A stretch of DNA of 64,000 nucleotides from a virus (lineage: Duplodnaviria > Caudoviricetes): IMG/VR virus record IMGVR_UViG_3300008259_003073. One strand, written 5' to 3'. The position numbers and the translations under genes are program-made. The stretch's first letter is position 1. Each line of letters begins with the position of its first letter. The notes under the pieces are model-generated. The model ran no database searches and was not told the origin of the DNA. It saw only the letters and a list, made by a program, of their open reading frames with translations. Shown here piece by piece: positions 10,071 to 20,080 of this stretch.

Positions 10071-10603
10071 CTATCTCTTTTTTGTAGTATTGGATTGTTT
10101 GTTGGCCATTCCATTTGATATTCAGGGTCATTCCACTTTACCACACCTTGTTCATTTGCATCCACATAACCGTCTTTGTAAAATAAGTTATAGTGAAACA
10201 TACAATCAGTTAATGCATAGTGTCCGTTTGCAAATCCTGGTGGAACTAATACCTGATTTCTTAATCTTTCCGTTATAATAAAACTTTCCCACTCCCCAAA
10301 GGTAGGACTATTTTCTCTCATATCCAAAACAACTAAATAGATATCACCTACTGCTGCTTGTACCAATTTCCAAGTCTTTTTATCCCAGTGTAATCCTCTC
10401 AATACACCTTTATAAGAACGAGAGAATCTACCATGTACTTCACATTTGCCATCGATATAATCAACTATTGGGTGCTCAATTGAATGAAATGTTGTCCATA
10501 TTTCACCTCTGTATTCTCTAAATACGGATGGTTGAAATACTGGAACCTCATGTCCAAATTTTTTTGATGGAGTAATTTGAAACTCATCCCATTTACTACT
10601 CAT
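10067..10603 (-). CDS. rfbC: dTDP-4-dehydrorhamnose 3,5-epimerase family protein
   Basis: FREYRGE, SRSYKGVLRGLH, GDIYLVVLDMR..SPTFG, VPPGFANGH, WNDP. Confidence 0.9.
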   Translation of the reverse strand: MSSKWDEFQITPSKKFGHEVPVFQPSVFREYRGEIWTTFHSIEHPIVDYIDGKCEVHGRFSRSYKGVLRGLHWDKKTWKLVQAAVGDIYLVVLDMRENSPTFGEWESFIITERLRNQVLVPPGFANGHYALTDCMFHYNLFYKDGYVDANEQGVVKWNDPEYQMEWPTNNPILQKRDR

Positions 10604-10604
10604 A

Positions 10605-11570
10605 TTATGTATTATTTGCGTATCCTAAAGGAAATCCATTTCTAAATTCTGCTCCCATTTTTGGAACAATCATTTGGTATGCGTGAATTAATTCTTCGAT
10701 ACCTCTATCTAACCCCCACTCTGGTACCCATCCAGTTTCCTCTAGCTTTGCGTTAGAAACTATGTAATCCCTCTTATCGGGGTCTTCGTAATAATCGTTG
10801 TATGATACGGCAAAATCCTTTACCTGGGATTGAATCTTTTCTAATAATTCTTGCTTTGAAAGATTGGCATTACTCAACCCTACATTAAATACTTGTCCTT
10901 TATATTTTTCGTAATTTATAATCATAAATAAAAATGTAAATGCTACATCTTGAATATGAATAAAATTTCTCTTAAAGTTTTTCTCAAATACTACAATGTA
11001 TTTATCAGTAATTGCTTTATAAACAAAATCGTTTACCAATAAATCGGTTCTCATACGAGGTGATACACCAAATACAGTTGCCAATCTAAATGTAATTGCC
11101 GATGTGGTTGCTCTTAAAAAAGTTTCAGCATCACACTTTGTTTGTCCATACACTGATATAGGTGTTAAAGGTGAATCTTCGGTGCATTCAGTTTGTCCAA
11201 CTCCAATACCATAACCACTATTTGTATTTGGATATAAAATTTTTTTATCCTTTGCAAATTTTACTATGTTACATATTTGGTCAAAATTGATTTCCCTTGC
11301 CAGCTTTGGGTCTGCTGCGCAAGCTGGGAACCCAACAATTGCAGCTAATGGAATTATTACATCAGCTTCATTACACAACTTTTCTAAAAGAGATTCATTA
11401 CGAACATCTCCATATATGAATTTGAATTTAGGATTTGAAGTATATTGTAATAATGAGGTTTGATTAAATAATAGTTTATCCAATACTACTACCTTATAGT
11501 TTTGTTCCAATAACATACCAACTAATACAGAACCCAAATAACCTGCACCACCTGTAATTAATACTTTCAT
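10605..11570 (-). CDS. NAD-dependent nucleotide-sugar epimerase/dehydratase (extended SDR)
   Basis: TGGAGYLG, LAAIVG, catalytic YGQTK, RLATVFG.SPRMR. Confidence 0.9.
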   Translation of the reverse strand: MKVLITGGAGYLGSVLVGMLLEQNYKVVVLDKLLFNQTSLLQYTSNPKFKFIYGDVRNESLLEKLCNEADVIIPLAAIVGFPACAADPKLAREINFDQICNIVKFAKDKKILYPNTNSGYGIGVGQTECTEDSPLTPISVYGQTKCDAETFLRATTSAITFRLATVFGVSPRMRTDLLVNDFVYKAITDKYIVVFEKNFKRNFIHIQDVAFTFLFMIINYEKYKGQVFNVGLSNANLSKQELLEKIQSQVKDFAVSYNDYYEDPDKRDYIVSNAKLEETGWVPEWGLDRGIEELIHAYQMIVPKMGAEFRNGFPLGYANNT

Positions 11571-11574
11571 AATT

Positions 11575-12354
11575 TTAAAAATAAATGTTCTTTTCTATGT
11601 AAAATTGTGGATAGTTTCCACTAAAACTAACATCCCATACTTTATATCTATTGTAATGGTTAAAATCACATAAAAATGCAAAATTATTTCTATATGGATA
11701 ATCGTAATTTAATTTTCGTAAATCATTAAAAACTATATGTGAATACTGTTTTTCATAATTATCAATAAAATCTTGAATTTCTTCAATTTTTAATTTTTTG
11801 TTTAATACAAACGCCATTTCAAATTCAAAATCTCCAATATGTTGATGTTCCTCTGGTCCAATCATACTACCACATCCGAACCAATAGAAAGAATTTTCGT
11901 ATTTCACTTTTTCACCATCTTCAAATTCAATAATTCCTACCAACTTTCCATTTTTATAGCATTTAATATTTCTTTCCAAAAAATGGTCACAAATCATAGC
12001 GTACTCATTGAATTCATTAGTTTCTTCTGGTAATAATCCGGTAAAAATTTGTTTTGAATACATTTCTGTTTTACCATCTATTTCTTTTGAAAACCAATAT
12101 GTAAATGCAATTGAAACAATTCCCAAATTATCTTTATAAGCAGAAATACCAGAATGCATTCCATTTCTGGCAATAGCAAATGATTCTTTATTTTGAGCTA
12201 CAGTATCAGGAAATATTTTAAACTTTAAGAATAAAGAAAAATCTTCATCCATATGTTTATCAATTCTAGATGATACGGAGTATCTACTTTCCGGCAAAAC
12301 GAAAAATATATTATCTTTGTTTACTCTTAAACTCATATTTTTATTGTTGAACAA
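11575..12354 (-). CDS. Stand-alone LamG/concanavalin A-like domain protein
   Basis: FSLFLKFK, CYKNGKLVG, WFGCG; C-terminal DF...DVSFSGN resembles the LamG inserts of the neighbouring GT7 proteins. Confidence 0.5.
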   Translation of the reverse strand: MFNNKNMSLRVNKDNIFFVLPESRYSVSSRIDKHMDEDFSLFLKFKIFPDTVAQNKESFAIARNGMHSGISAYKDNLGIVSIAFTYWFSKEIDGKTEMYSKQIFTGLLPEETNEFNEYAMICDHFLERNIKCYKNGKLVGIIEFEDGEKVKYENSFYWFGCGSMIGPEEHQHIGDFEFEMAFVLNKKLKIEEIQDFIDNYEKQYSHIVFNDLRKLNYDYPYRNNFAFLCDFNHYNRYKVWDVSFSGNYPQFYIEKNIYF

Positions 12355-13748
12355 AAGTTATAAAATTCTTCTAATTCAGGAAATGTTTTACAAAAATCAG
12401 TTCCTCTACGTTTATCGTGGTTTGAAAAATATTGATAAAAACTATATCTATTTTTCATTTGTTGAGTCGCATCCTGTGGAGAAATCATCCAATCATAAAT
12501 TCTTTTTACTTTTTGAACCTCAACATCGGAGTAACCAATGTGTTTTGGGTCAAATGATGGAGCTGCGTAGTAAGTGATTAATTTAGCCTGGTCAGTTATA
12601 TATTTAGCATAATCAAATGGAAGTACTTGGACAGTTTGATGTAAAGGGTATCGTAGATATGATGAATCTAAAAACACTGCAGAATTCCAATATCTATCAG
12701 TGGATGCGTATACATCTTTTAATGTGTAAATATTATGAATTAATTGTTCATAATTAAAAACACTTAACGCATTATATGTCGACATGAATGTTATAATAGT
12801 TCTTGGGCATTTTGTAAGAATTTTATTTACATTATCCCAAAATTTATTAAATTCTAATCCAGTACGAATGTATTCTGCTTGCTCTCCCCATGTATCAACC
12901 GATGTAAATATGACAATTTCTTTTGCTCTACCTTCATCTTCTATTTTTTGTATCTTTTCGATTAATTTATCTATCAACTTATCTGGAACTCCCAAATTAG
13001 AATTAATAGCCAGTTTCAATTCAGTATTTGGATTTGGATGTTCTATGATATAATCAAGTACTCCCCAAGTATCTTTACTCATAAGAGGTTCTCCGCCTGT
13101 GATTCTAAATGTATGAAGGTCTCTATACAAATCAGGCCACCATTTCCAAAATGCTTCTACATATGGATTATGTTCTTTATTTGGAATTGGTAATTTATCT
13201 TCGTTTTTCATCCAATCAACGGAATTAAAATTATCCAAAGTTGGGTATGCACCATGCTTTTCAATTTCTTCCATCCACGCCGAACTATACGCAGGACCAC
13301 AATATGAACATTTGAAATTACACGCATTACTAAATGCAACTTCTACATATTTTGGATTAAAATCATCTCTCCAATCAGATTGAATAATGTCATTGATAAA
13401 TGGATAAGACCAACTTTCACCAGATTTAAATATTCTATCCGAAAATCTATCCGAATTATCTTCTACATTCCAACAATAATCACATTCAGAAGGTCTTGCT
13501 CCCTGTAACATTTCCTTTCTACGAAGTTTCTTATATCTCGTATTATGAAGTGCTGATGGGTTTCTAGCAATTTCAGTTTCTGAAATTTTATGTGTTTTGG
13601 GGTGGTGACATGAATGATTATGTCCACTTTGTAATTGTAGTGTAACTTGCGTCCATTTGGCAGCACACATACCAGGACCAACCACATTTAACTCGTCTTT
13701 AACGCGTAAATAAATTGGATTTTCACTATAAGTTTTATCTTCTGCCAT
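12333..13748 (-). CDS. Radical SAM protein with N-terminal twitch-like segment
   Basis: CNFKCSYC, TGGEPL, NSN; N-terminal CAAKW..SCHHP..ECDYCW. Confidence 0.85.
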   Translation of the reverse strand: MAEDKTYSENPIYLRVKDELNVVGPGMCAAKWTQVTLQLQSGHNHSCHHPKTHKISETEIARNPSALHNTRYKKLRRKEMLQGARPSECDYCWNVEDNSDRFSDRIFKSGESWSYPFINDIIQSDWRDDFNPKYVEVAFSNACNFKCSYCGPAYSSAWMEEIEKHGAYPTLDNFNSVDWMKNEDKLPIPNKEHNPYVEAFWKWWPDLYRDLHTFRITGGEPLMSKDTWGVLDYIIEHPNPNTELKLAINSNLGVPDKLIDKLIEKIQKIEDEGRAKEIVIFTSVDTWGEQAEYIRTGLEFNKFWDNVNKILTKCPRTIITFMSTYNALSVFNYEQLIHNIYTLKDVYASTDRYWNSAVFLDSSYLRYPLHQTVQVLPFDYAKYITDQAKLITYYAAPSFDPKHIGYSDVEVQKVKRIYDWMISPQDATQQMKNRYSFYQYFSNHDKRRGTDFCKTFPELEEFYNFCSTIKI

Positions 13749-13752
13749 ATTT

Positions 13753-15219
13753 TTATTTTAAACAATGAACATTTATTAATTTGTGTTTATCAAAAATGAT
13801 TTTAGTACTGATATGTTTATACTTCATATTATTTATACCATCTTTTTTATAATCAATTTTACCTTGCTGCATTTCTAATACATATCTTCTTTCGTTTCTT
13901 GCAGTGGTTTCACCTTTAGCCCATTTTTCAATACCACCTTCTTTAATTAAACCTTCAGTTTCATGTGGTAAACAGAAAAATTTACCATCTCTTCTATGTG
14001 GTAGTATTACATGGGGTATTTGTATTTCTCTTTCTTCAATACCAACATTATACAATACACCATCGTTTAATTCGGCCTGGTCTATTACAAATTTATCATC
14101 AACTATTTCATCAAAGTTATAGTGTAATACCAAACTATCGGTTGAATACTGCTTATGTAATAAATTAACTTCTTCACCAGTTAACGCTCTATCCCACATT
14201 TTAATATCAGCTATTTCACCTTTAAAAAATGCGTTTGGTTCAAATGGTTCAACCGTTGTCGTATGCCCTACATAAAATGGTTCATTTCCATATCGTTTTA
14301 AGTTATACTGATATTCAAACGGTGATTGCGTACCCGTTCCATTTCTAGCATCACTTTCATTTCCATTTAGATAAAAATGCATTTTCTTTTCCAAATCATC
14401 AATTACCATCGTAACCCACGTCCATTCTCCCTCATACCTTTTAAACCATTGGTAGATATGTTCTCTATGAGCATTCCATAACATACCAGTATATGCCCTA
14501 CTATTGTTAAATGATAATCCCCAATCATAACCTGGTTTTCTGAATATAGGATATTCTACGAATTTTCTGTTTGAATCACCAATTAACCAAATAGGGACTT
14601 TTTCTATTTGTTGGTCTGCCTTTACTAATACAGAAATTGTATGTGAATTGGATATTGCTATTCTATTTTTTTCAGAAGATGGTATTTTGATGTATGAACT
14701 TTTACCATCAAATACTGCTACATTTTTTACTTTAGCGAAATCAATAGTTTGTTTATTAACATATCCTTCCATCACACATCTCCAAAACAAATCATCATCT
14801 TCCATGCCCCAATCCCAATAATCATTTGAATAACCATTGGTTGCTAAAACTTGCTCTTTTGTAAAAACAACCGCACCACCAAAGTATTCCTGATATTTTA
14901 ATTGGTAATCCGATTGTGAGATACGAACTGCAATGTGTTGTGGATTTTCCATAGGATATGAATAATCACAACTATCATCTTCGGGTACCATATCAATATC
15001 ATGCCAAACTATGTAATCACATCCATCATCAATTGCATGTTTTGCAGCAATGTTTTTCATCAATCCTCTATTGAATAGATATTCATCACACTGATGTGCA
15101 ATATAAATGGTGTGGTCAATTCCTTTCTTTGTTAAGAAATTAGTAACCCAAGGAACAAATTGATTCATATGTTCCTCTCTGTTTCTATATGGTACGCAGA
15201 CCCCTAACTTATGCCCCAT
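13753..15219 (-). CDS. GT7 (beta-1,4-galactosyltransferase-like) glycosyltransferase with inserted LamG domain
   Basis: VPYRNR, FNRG, HDID, FGG, NGYSN.YW.WG.EDDD, then LamG (FYLNG, FKGEIAD..WDRAL), then GT7 tail (F.CLPH..DGINNMKY). Confidence 0.85.
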   Translation of the reverse strand: MGHKLGVCVPYRNREEHMNQFVPWVTNFLTKKGIDHTIYIAHQCDEYLFNRGLMKNIAAKHAIDDGCDYIVWHDIDMVPEDDSCDYSYPMENPQHIAVRISQSDYQLKYQEYFGGAVVFTKEQVLATNGYSNDYWDWGMEDDDLFWRCVMEGYVNKQTIDFAKVKNVAVFDGKSSYIKIPSSEKNRIAISNSHTISVLVKADQQIEKVPIWLIGDSNRKFVEYPIFRKPGYDWGLSFNNSRAYTGMLWNAHREHIYQWFKRYEGEWTWVTMVIDDLEKKMHFYLNGNESDARNGTGTQSPFEYQYNLKRYGNEPFYVGHTTTVEPFEPNAFFKGEIADIKMWDRALTGEEVNLLHKQYSTDSLVLHYNFDEIVDDKFVIDQAELNDGVLYNVGIEEREIQIPHVILPHRRDGKFFCLPHETEGLIKEGGIEKWAKGETTARNERRYVLEMQQGKIDYKKDGINNMKYKHISTKIIFDKHKLINVHCLK

Positions 15220-15220
15220 T

Positions 15221-16651
15221 TTACAATAATACTGATAGATGATGATAGTTATTCATTGATACATCATTTAATACCTGATATAAACAATTGTTTAAACCAT
15301 CCTTATCTGTGTTATATAATTTAGTTTTAATTTGATTTAAAAATCTTAATTGGTTTATACGAGTTTCTCTATGAACCCAGTTTTTCTCATTCCAACTATT
15401 TGTTTTATGAGATAATAATTTAAATAAAGATTTTCTTCTATACGGAACCGTCATTTCTCTACCTAATGATTCATGTGATTTTATGAAATGGCAATTATTA
15501 ATTTCACCATTATTACCGTTAAAAGATAAATCTAATAGAGTATTTTCTTTGTAGAATTTAAAATCATAATATAATTTTAAATGTTCCGCCGATTTATACG
15601 CTCTAAAATTTTCTAATAAAGAATTTTCCAAAACATTATCTGCTAATATAGAAATTTCTTTATCTTTCAATTTACAATCGTATATTGCAAATTCAGAAAT
15701 CATTCCATAAAAAAAGTTTGGGTTAGAATCCCTTTCAGGTGAACCAACGCCTAAATAAAAGTATTCTTCATCTGAATAATCCTTTGGAGCATTCTTTAGT
15801 TTTTCTGTACCTACTAATTCACCATCTTTATAAAAAGAAATTTCATTTTTTTTATAATCAAAAGTTAAACAAATTTGAGTAAAATGATTAGTTAGTATTT
15901 CTGAATTAATAGAAGTGCAATCATCGGTATCATCCCAAAAATCTACTTTATATCTTCTAAAAGAATTATAACTTATATTCGTATCGTATCCAGGTATTGA
16001 AAATACAGTATATTCATCATAATCATTATTTGGATTTGATATTATTTCATCAGGTTTAAATGTAATTATTATTGATGTATCTTTTTCAAAATCTAATAAG
16101 TCTTTCTTTAGTATCCTGATGTAAGAATCATTTCCACTAAAAGATAACCCATATAATTTTTTGGTTTCATTTTTACCAATAATTTTTGAATCCAATGGAA
16201 TGCTCTTTTGATTAACCCTAAATAAAAGGTCATCATCTTCAAACCCCCATCCCCAATATAAATTAGAATATCCATTTACTCTTTCAAATGTATCAGAACT
16301 AAACATAGTTACACCTCCAAAATAATCATCAAATGATAAGTTTTTGGATTTATCATATTCTAATTCAAAATTGGTTGCAAGGTGCATGGGTAATTCAGAA
16401 TAAGAATAATCAACCTCAATTGGTAGCATATCCACATCGTGAAATACAATATATCCACATCCTAATTCTTTTGCTTTGATATACCCAATATTTAATAACT
16501 TCCCTCTATTAAACGGTTTATCATCGGTCTGTTCAACTACGATAATCTCGTGTTTAATTTTTTTGGATTTTAAATATGAAGACATAGTTTCACCGAATCG
16601 TGCTAAATGCGATTCTCTATCTCTGTATGGTACAATTATTCCTAACTTCAT
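15221..16651 (-). CDS. GT7 glycosyltransferase with inserted LamG domain
   Basis: VPYRDR, FNRGKLLN.G, HDVD, NGYSNLYWGWGFEDDD, LamG (FYKDG, FYG.ISEFAIYD), DGLNNCLY. Confidence 0.85.
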   Translation of the reverse strand: MKLGIIVPYRDRESHLARFGETMSSYLKSKKIKHEIIVVEQTDDKPFNRGKLLNIGYIKAKELGCGYIVFHDVDMLPIEVDYSYSELPMHLATNFELEYDKSKNLSFDDYFGGVTMFSSDTFERVNGYSNLYWGWGFEDDDLLFRVNQKSIPLDSKIIGKNETKKLYGLSFSGNDSYIRILKKDLLDFEKDTSIIITFKPDEIISNPNNDYDEYTVFSIPGYDTNISYNSFRRYKVDFWDDTDDCTSINSEILTNHFTQICLTFDYKKNEISFYKDGELVGTEKLKNAPKDYSDEEYFYLGVGSPERDSNPNFFYGMISEFAIYDCKLKDKEISILADNVLENSLLENFRAYKSAEHLKLYYDFKFYKENTLLDLSFNGNNGEINNCHFIKSHESLGREMTVPYRRKSLFKLLSHKTNSWNEKNWVHRETRINQLRFLNQIKTKLYNTDKDGLNNCLYQVLNDVSMNNYHHLSVLL

Positions 16652-16656
16652 TTAGA

Positions 16657-16998
16657 TTATACTTTTTCTATATCTTTTTTAGGTCTTGCTCTACGAGGTG
16701 GCGGTAATTCTGCATCATTTTCAATTTGAGCAGGTTCGGTGGGAATACTTCCTTTAAAAGATGTTTCTGAACTAGATGATGACCCATTTTCTTTTGCAAT
16801 GTTGTAGAATTCATAAAGATAATACGCAACTCTATCACTCCATTCTGATTTGTTAATTTCTTCAAACCAAATAGTAAGTGCATCTAAAGAATTGGCAATT
16901 TTTTCCAATGCTTTAACTTTTCTAGTTTCCAATACTACCGATTCCAAATTTTGTTCAGGTGTAGTTGTTGTGTCAGATTGTAACTTAACTTTCGCCAT
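16657..16998 (-). CDS. Hypothetical protein
   Basis: 113-aa ORF packed between operon genes; no recognised motif. Confidence 0.7.
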   Translation of the reverse strand: MAKVKLQSDTTTTPEQNLESVVLETRKVKALEKIANSLDALTIWFEEINKSEWSDRVAYYLYEFYNIAKENGSSSSSETSFKGSIPTEPAQIENDAELPPPRRARPKKDIEKV

Positions 16999-17004
16999 TT
17001 ATTT

Positions 17005-18462
17005 TTATATTTTAATTTGATGCTTATAAACTCCTGTTTTAATTTCTTCTGTTGATACTAAATCATATGATAATGTATTTAATCCAAATTTATCAGTATC
17101 TAATATATCAGTTGCAATTTCATAAAAGAAAATACCTTCATTTTCTTCAAAAATATCATCTTTTACTTTCCAACTATAATTTTGTAATTTAGTGAATTTT
17201 TTTGAATTTTCCAAGATTTGAAACCGTCCATTTGATTGTTCTGGCATATCAAATTCATAAGACAGGTTTAATTGTTCAGAATACAATTCCTGATGTAACC
17301 CAGTTGATACTATTCTTGGATTTGAAAATGTTTTAGAATCATCTACATAAAAATCTCCAAACTTTTTATCAAATGGTACATTTATAACTGCTTCAAAATT
17401 TGTAGTTATTGTATCATTTATTGTTTTATACCCATCGGTGTATAGTTTTAATATTTCGGATTCTGCCAATGGGTAATCGAATAATAATAGGTTAGATATT
17501 TTGCCATTAAATGAATTTTTAAATGCCAAACTACCAATCCACAAATCTTTTCCTTTAAAGTCCATTAAATAATTTGGTAATCCATCCAGTGCTTGTACAA
17601 GTTTGCCATCAATGTATAGACCGGCTTTTTTCTTATCCATATCAACCTTTAATGACAGGTTTATCCATTGATTGACATGTGCTTTGTGTGAATACCACAT
17701 TTGATGTAAACTCTTATTATCATCCCACAATTGAACTACAATTGCATCGTTTTTCATAATAAAAATTCCCATATCATAACCTTGTTTCCCAATAATACAC
17801 GCATCGTTTGATTGATTATCGTTAATGAAAACATTCATTGATATTGTAAATGAATCTTCAAAAATATAATCGGTTGTTTTGCTTGCTCTTATAAACACAC
17901 AATTATTTTCATTTGAATCAAAAGGATATATTGTTTTTTTAATATATTTATTTACCTCTTTTACATCTGTTAAAACATGCGGTTTATATATATTTTTAGT
18001 AAAAAATCTCTTTGCAGATAATAATTTGTGTTTTTTTAATCTATATAAGAAATCTATCCAATGAAAAGAACCTCCCCAATAATCGTTACTGAACCCGTTT
18101 GCTTCGAAGAAATTTTCTTTTGTAATTTTAAAAGCTCCGCCTATCCAATGAGGATACGGTTTTAAATTTGCGGCTAAATGTGTTGGGTAGTATTCAAAAT
18201 CATAATTACACGATTCTTGTCTTGGTAGAATATCAATATCGTGGAATATATAATAATCGGAACGATTTTGTGTTATATCCGCACCAATATTACACAGTTT
18301 TCCATAATTAAAATAAACATCCGCATCTATTTGTTCGATGAAATGTATTTCGTAATCTATTTTATCTTTTAAAAAGTATTCCATGTGACCCACAAAGGTA
18401 TACAGGTCTTGTAAACGATTGGAGTACGGTACTATAATTGATAACTTTTTACTATTCGCCAT
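17005..18462 (-). CDS. GT7-LamG paralog with degenerate catalytic motif
   Basis: VPY.NR, FNYGKL.NIG, HDID, NGFSNDYWG, but WGxEDDD is replaced by GSFHWID; LamG insert; FGLNTLSY tail. Confidence 0.75.
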   Translation of the reverse strand: MANSKKLSIIVPYSNRLQDLYTFVGHMEYFLKDKIDYEIHFIEQIDADVYFNYGKLCNIGADITQNRSDYYIFHDIDILPRQESCNYDFEYYPTHLAANLKPYPHWIGGAFKITKENFFEANGFSNDYWGGSFHWIDFLYRLKKHKLLSAKRFFTKNIYKPHVLTDVKEVNKYIKKTIYPFDSNENNCVFIRASKTTDYIFEDSFTISMNVFINDNQSNDACIIGKQGYDMGIFIMKNDAIVVQLWDDNKSLHQMWYSHKAHVNQWINLSLKVDMDKKKAGLYIDGKLVQALDGLPNYLMDFKGKDLWIGSLAFKNSFNGKISNLLLFDYPLAESEILKLYTDGYKTINDTITTNFEAVINVPFDKKFGDFYVDDSKTFSNPRIVSTGLHQELYSEQLNLSYEFDMPEQSNGRFQILENSKKFTKLQNYSWKVKDDIFEENEGIFFYEIATDILDTDKFGLNTLSYDLVSTEEIKTGVYKHQIKI

Positions 18463-18476
18463 CTTAATAACCTATT

Positions 18477-19325
18477 TTATATAGATATAATTTTTTTAAA
18501 TAATTGTTTCCATTTTGAGTATCCTGAATAATGATAAGTTGGTGATAATTCGAATCCAAATCTCACATCATCCAATGGTAATTTAAATCTAAATTTTGCC
18601 AATTCTCTATACATTTTTCGATATTCTTCTGAATATGAGTAATCTTTATTTATGTTTGCAACTGCTCTAATTCTTTCTCCACAAGTACTATCCCATTTAA
18701 AATGATGTACTTGCACACTGCATTTGTTAATTGGTGCAATCAGTGGATGATTCCAACCTTGCCATTTCCAAGTAGTATGTCCGTCTATTTTTGCATAATG
18801 CTGTCCGTTTGTAATTTCAACATACCCCTTTGCTATACAAATTTTATTAGGATTAGCACCACTTAACGGAAATCTAAAAAATCCTGCGTATGGAAACTTT
18901 TCAAATATGTCATCCGTATCTAATAATTCAACAAATTCACCATCCTCTCCAATTCTATCTATAAATCCACCTCTTACCATTTCCCATCCATTTACATCAC
19001 AATTTGATGTGATACTTCGTAATGAATCCGAATAGACATGGAACTCATCATCATCGGATATTACCCACCAATCGTTTGGATGAGTTGATTTTACTTCATT
19101 GTAAAGTCTTGTTACCTTTTCCCAATTATACTTCTCTTCAATTACCGTTTTTACAATTTTAGCATTTGGAAATTGAGATACTATGGTTTTAACTTCTGAT
19201 AAATTAGATTGCTCTTCCCAATCATATACAACAATATACATTTCATCCACTTTATCTTTGTAGTGGTTTAACATATGTTTTAATGTTGTTGTTCTAGAAC
19301 CTGTTACCGTAACTAATCTAATCAT
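18477..19325 (-). CDS. GT2-like (GT-A fold) glycosyltransferase
   Basis: MLNHY..VD, WWVISDDDEF (DxD-like), HHFKW. Confidence 0.65.
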   Translation of the reverse strand: MIRLVTVTGSRTTTLKHMLNHYKDKVDEMYIVVYDWEEQSNLSEVKTIVSQFPNAKIVKTVIEEKYNWEKVTRLYNEVKSTHPNDWWVISDDDEFHVYSDSLRSITSNCDVNGWEMVRGGFIDRIGEDGEFVELLDTDDIFEKFPYAGFFRFPLSGANPNKICIAKGYVEITNGQHYAKIDGHTTWKWQGWNHPLIAPINKCSVQVHHFKWDSTCGERIRAVANINKDYSYSEEYRKMYRELAKFRFKLPLDDVRFGFELSPTYHYSGYSKWKQLFKKIISI

Positions 19326-20080
19326 TTTCTTTTAACTAATGTTAATCCAGTTGATGATGGTTTATTTTTTACTATTCCAAAATTGAATAAATCAAATGTT
19401 TCCCACTTTGGATTATCTTTAAGTTCTTTAGCAAATGTAATTGGTCCATGCCAATCATCAAAATCACCTCTATCTTTTACTTCGTTTGTAACAATGTAAC
19501 TATCTGCATAATTAGGGTCCGTATCGTGGATAGAAATGATACCATTTGGAGAAAGTAACTGCGAATATAGTTCAAAATCCTCTTTTACATTCTCATAACT
19601 ATGACCAGCATCTATATGTAAATAATCTATCTGAATATCATTAAGAATAAAGTAATTATGAAAAGCGTCTTCTGTTGTTTTATTAATAATTCGTGGATGA
19701 AATGTTCTTCTGAAAAATGATTCTTCTCTAAACCAATTTACATGTCCACCAATACCGTTCATAGCATCAACAACATAAGTAACACCAATATCTCCCCAAT
19801 TTAAATCAGAATTTCCTTCAAAAATGCCTTGTTTATGTAAATCGTAACGAGCCTGTGTCATTAATCTAGGTACAAATCCTCCACCTGAACCTAAACATAC
19901 ACAAGTTTTTGCTCTCATATACTGAATAAGAGAATAGATTATTAAACCATCTCCTAAATGATTATCAGTTGCTCCATGTGACCATCTATACGGAACTGGA
20001 ACTTCTTCTTGCTCCTGATATTCGTTATATTCTAAATTGTTTGTTAGATAATTCTTTAAGTATTGTAAATCTTGTAGCAT
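19322..20080 (-). CDS. Class I SAM-dependent methyltransferase (Methyltransf_24-like)
   Basis: CLGSGGGF, IDYLHIDAGHSYE.V..DF, G.I..HD. Confidence 0.8.
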   Translation of the reverse strand: MLQDLQYLKNYLTNNLEYNEYQEQEEVPVPYRWSHGATDNHLGDGLIIYSLIQYMRAKTCVCLGSGGGFVPRLMTQARYDLHKQGIFEGNSDLNWGDIGVTYVVDAMNGIGGHVNWFREESFFRRTFHPRIINKTTEDAFHNYFILNDIQIDYLHIDAGHSYENVKEDFELYSQLLSPNGIISIHDTDPNYADSYIVTNEVKDRGDFDDWHGPITFAKELKDNPKWETFDLFNFGIVKNKPSSTGLTLVKRK

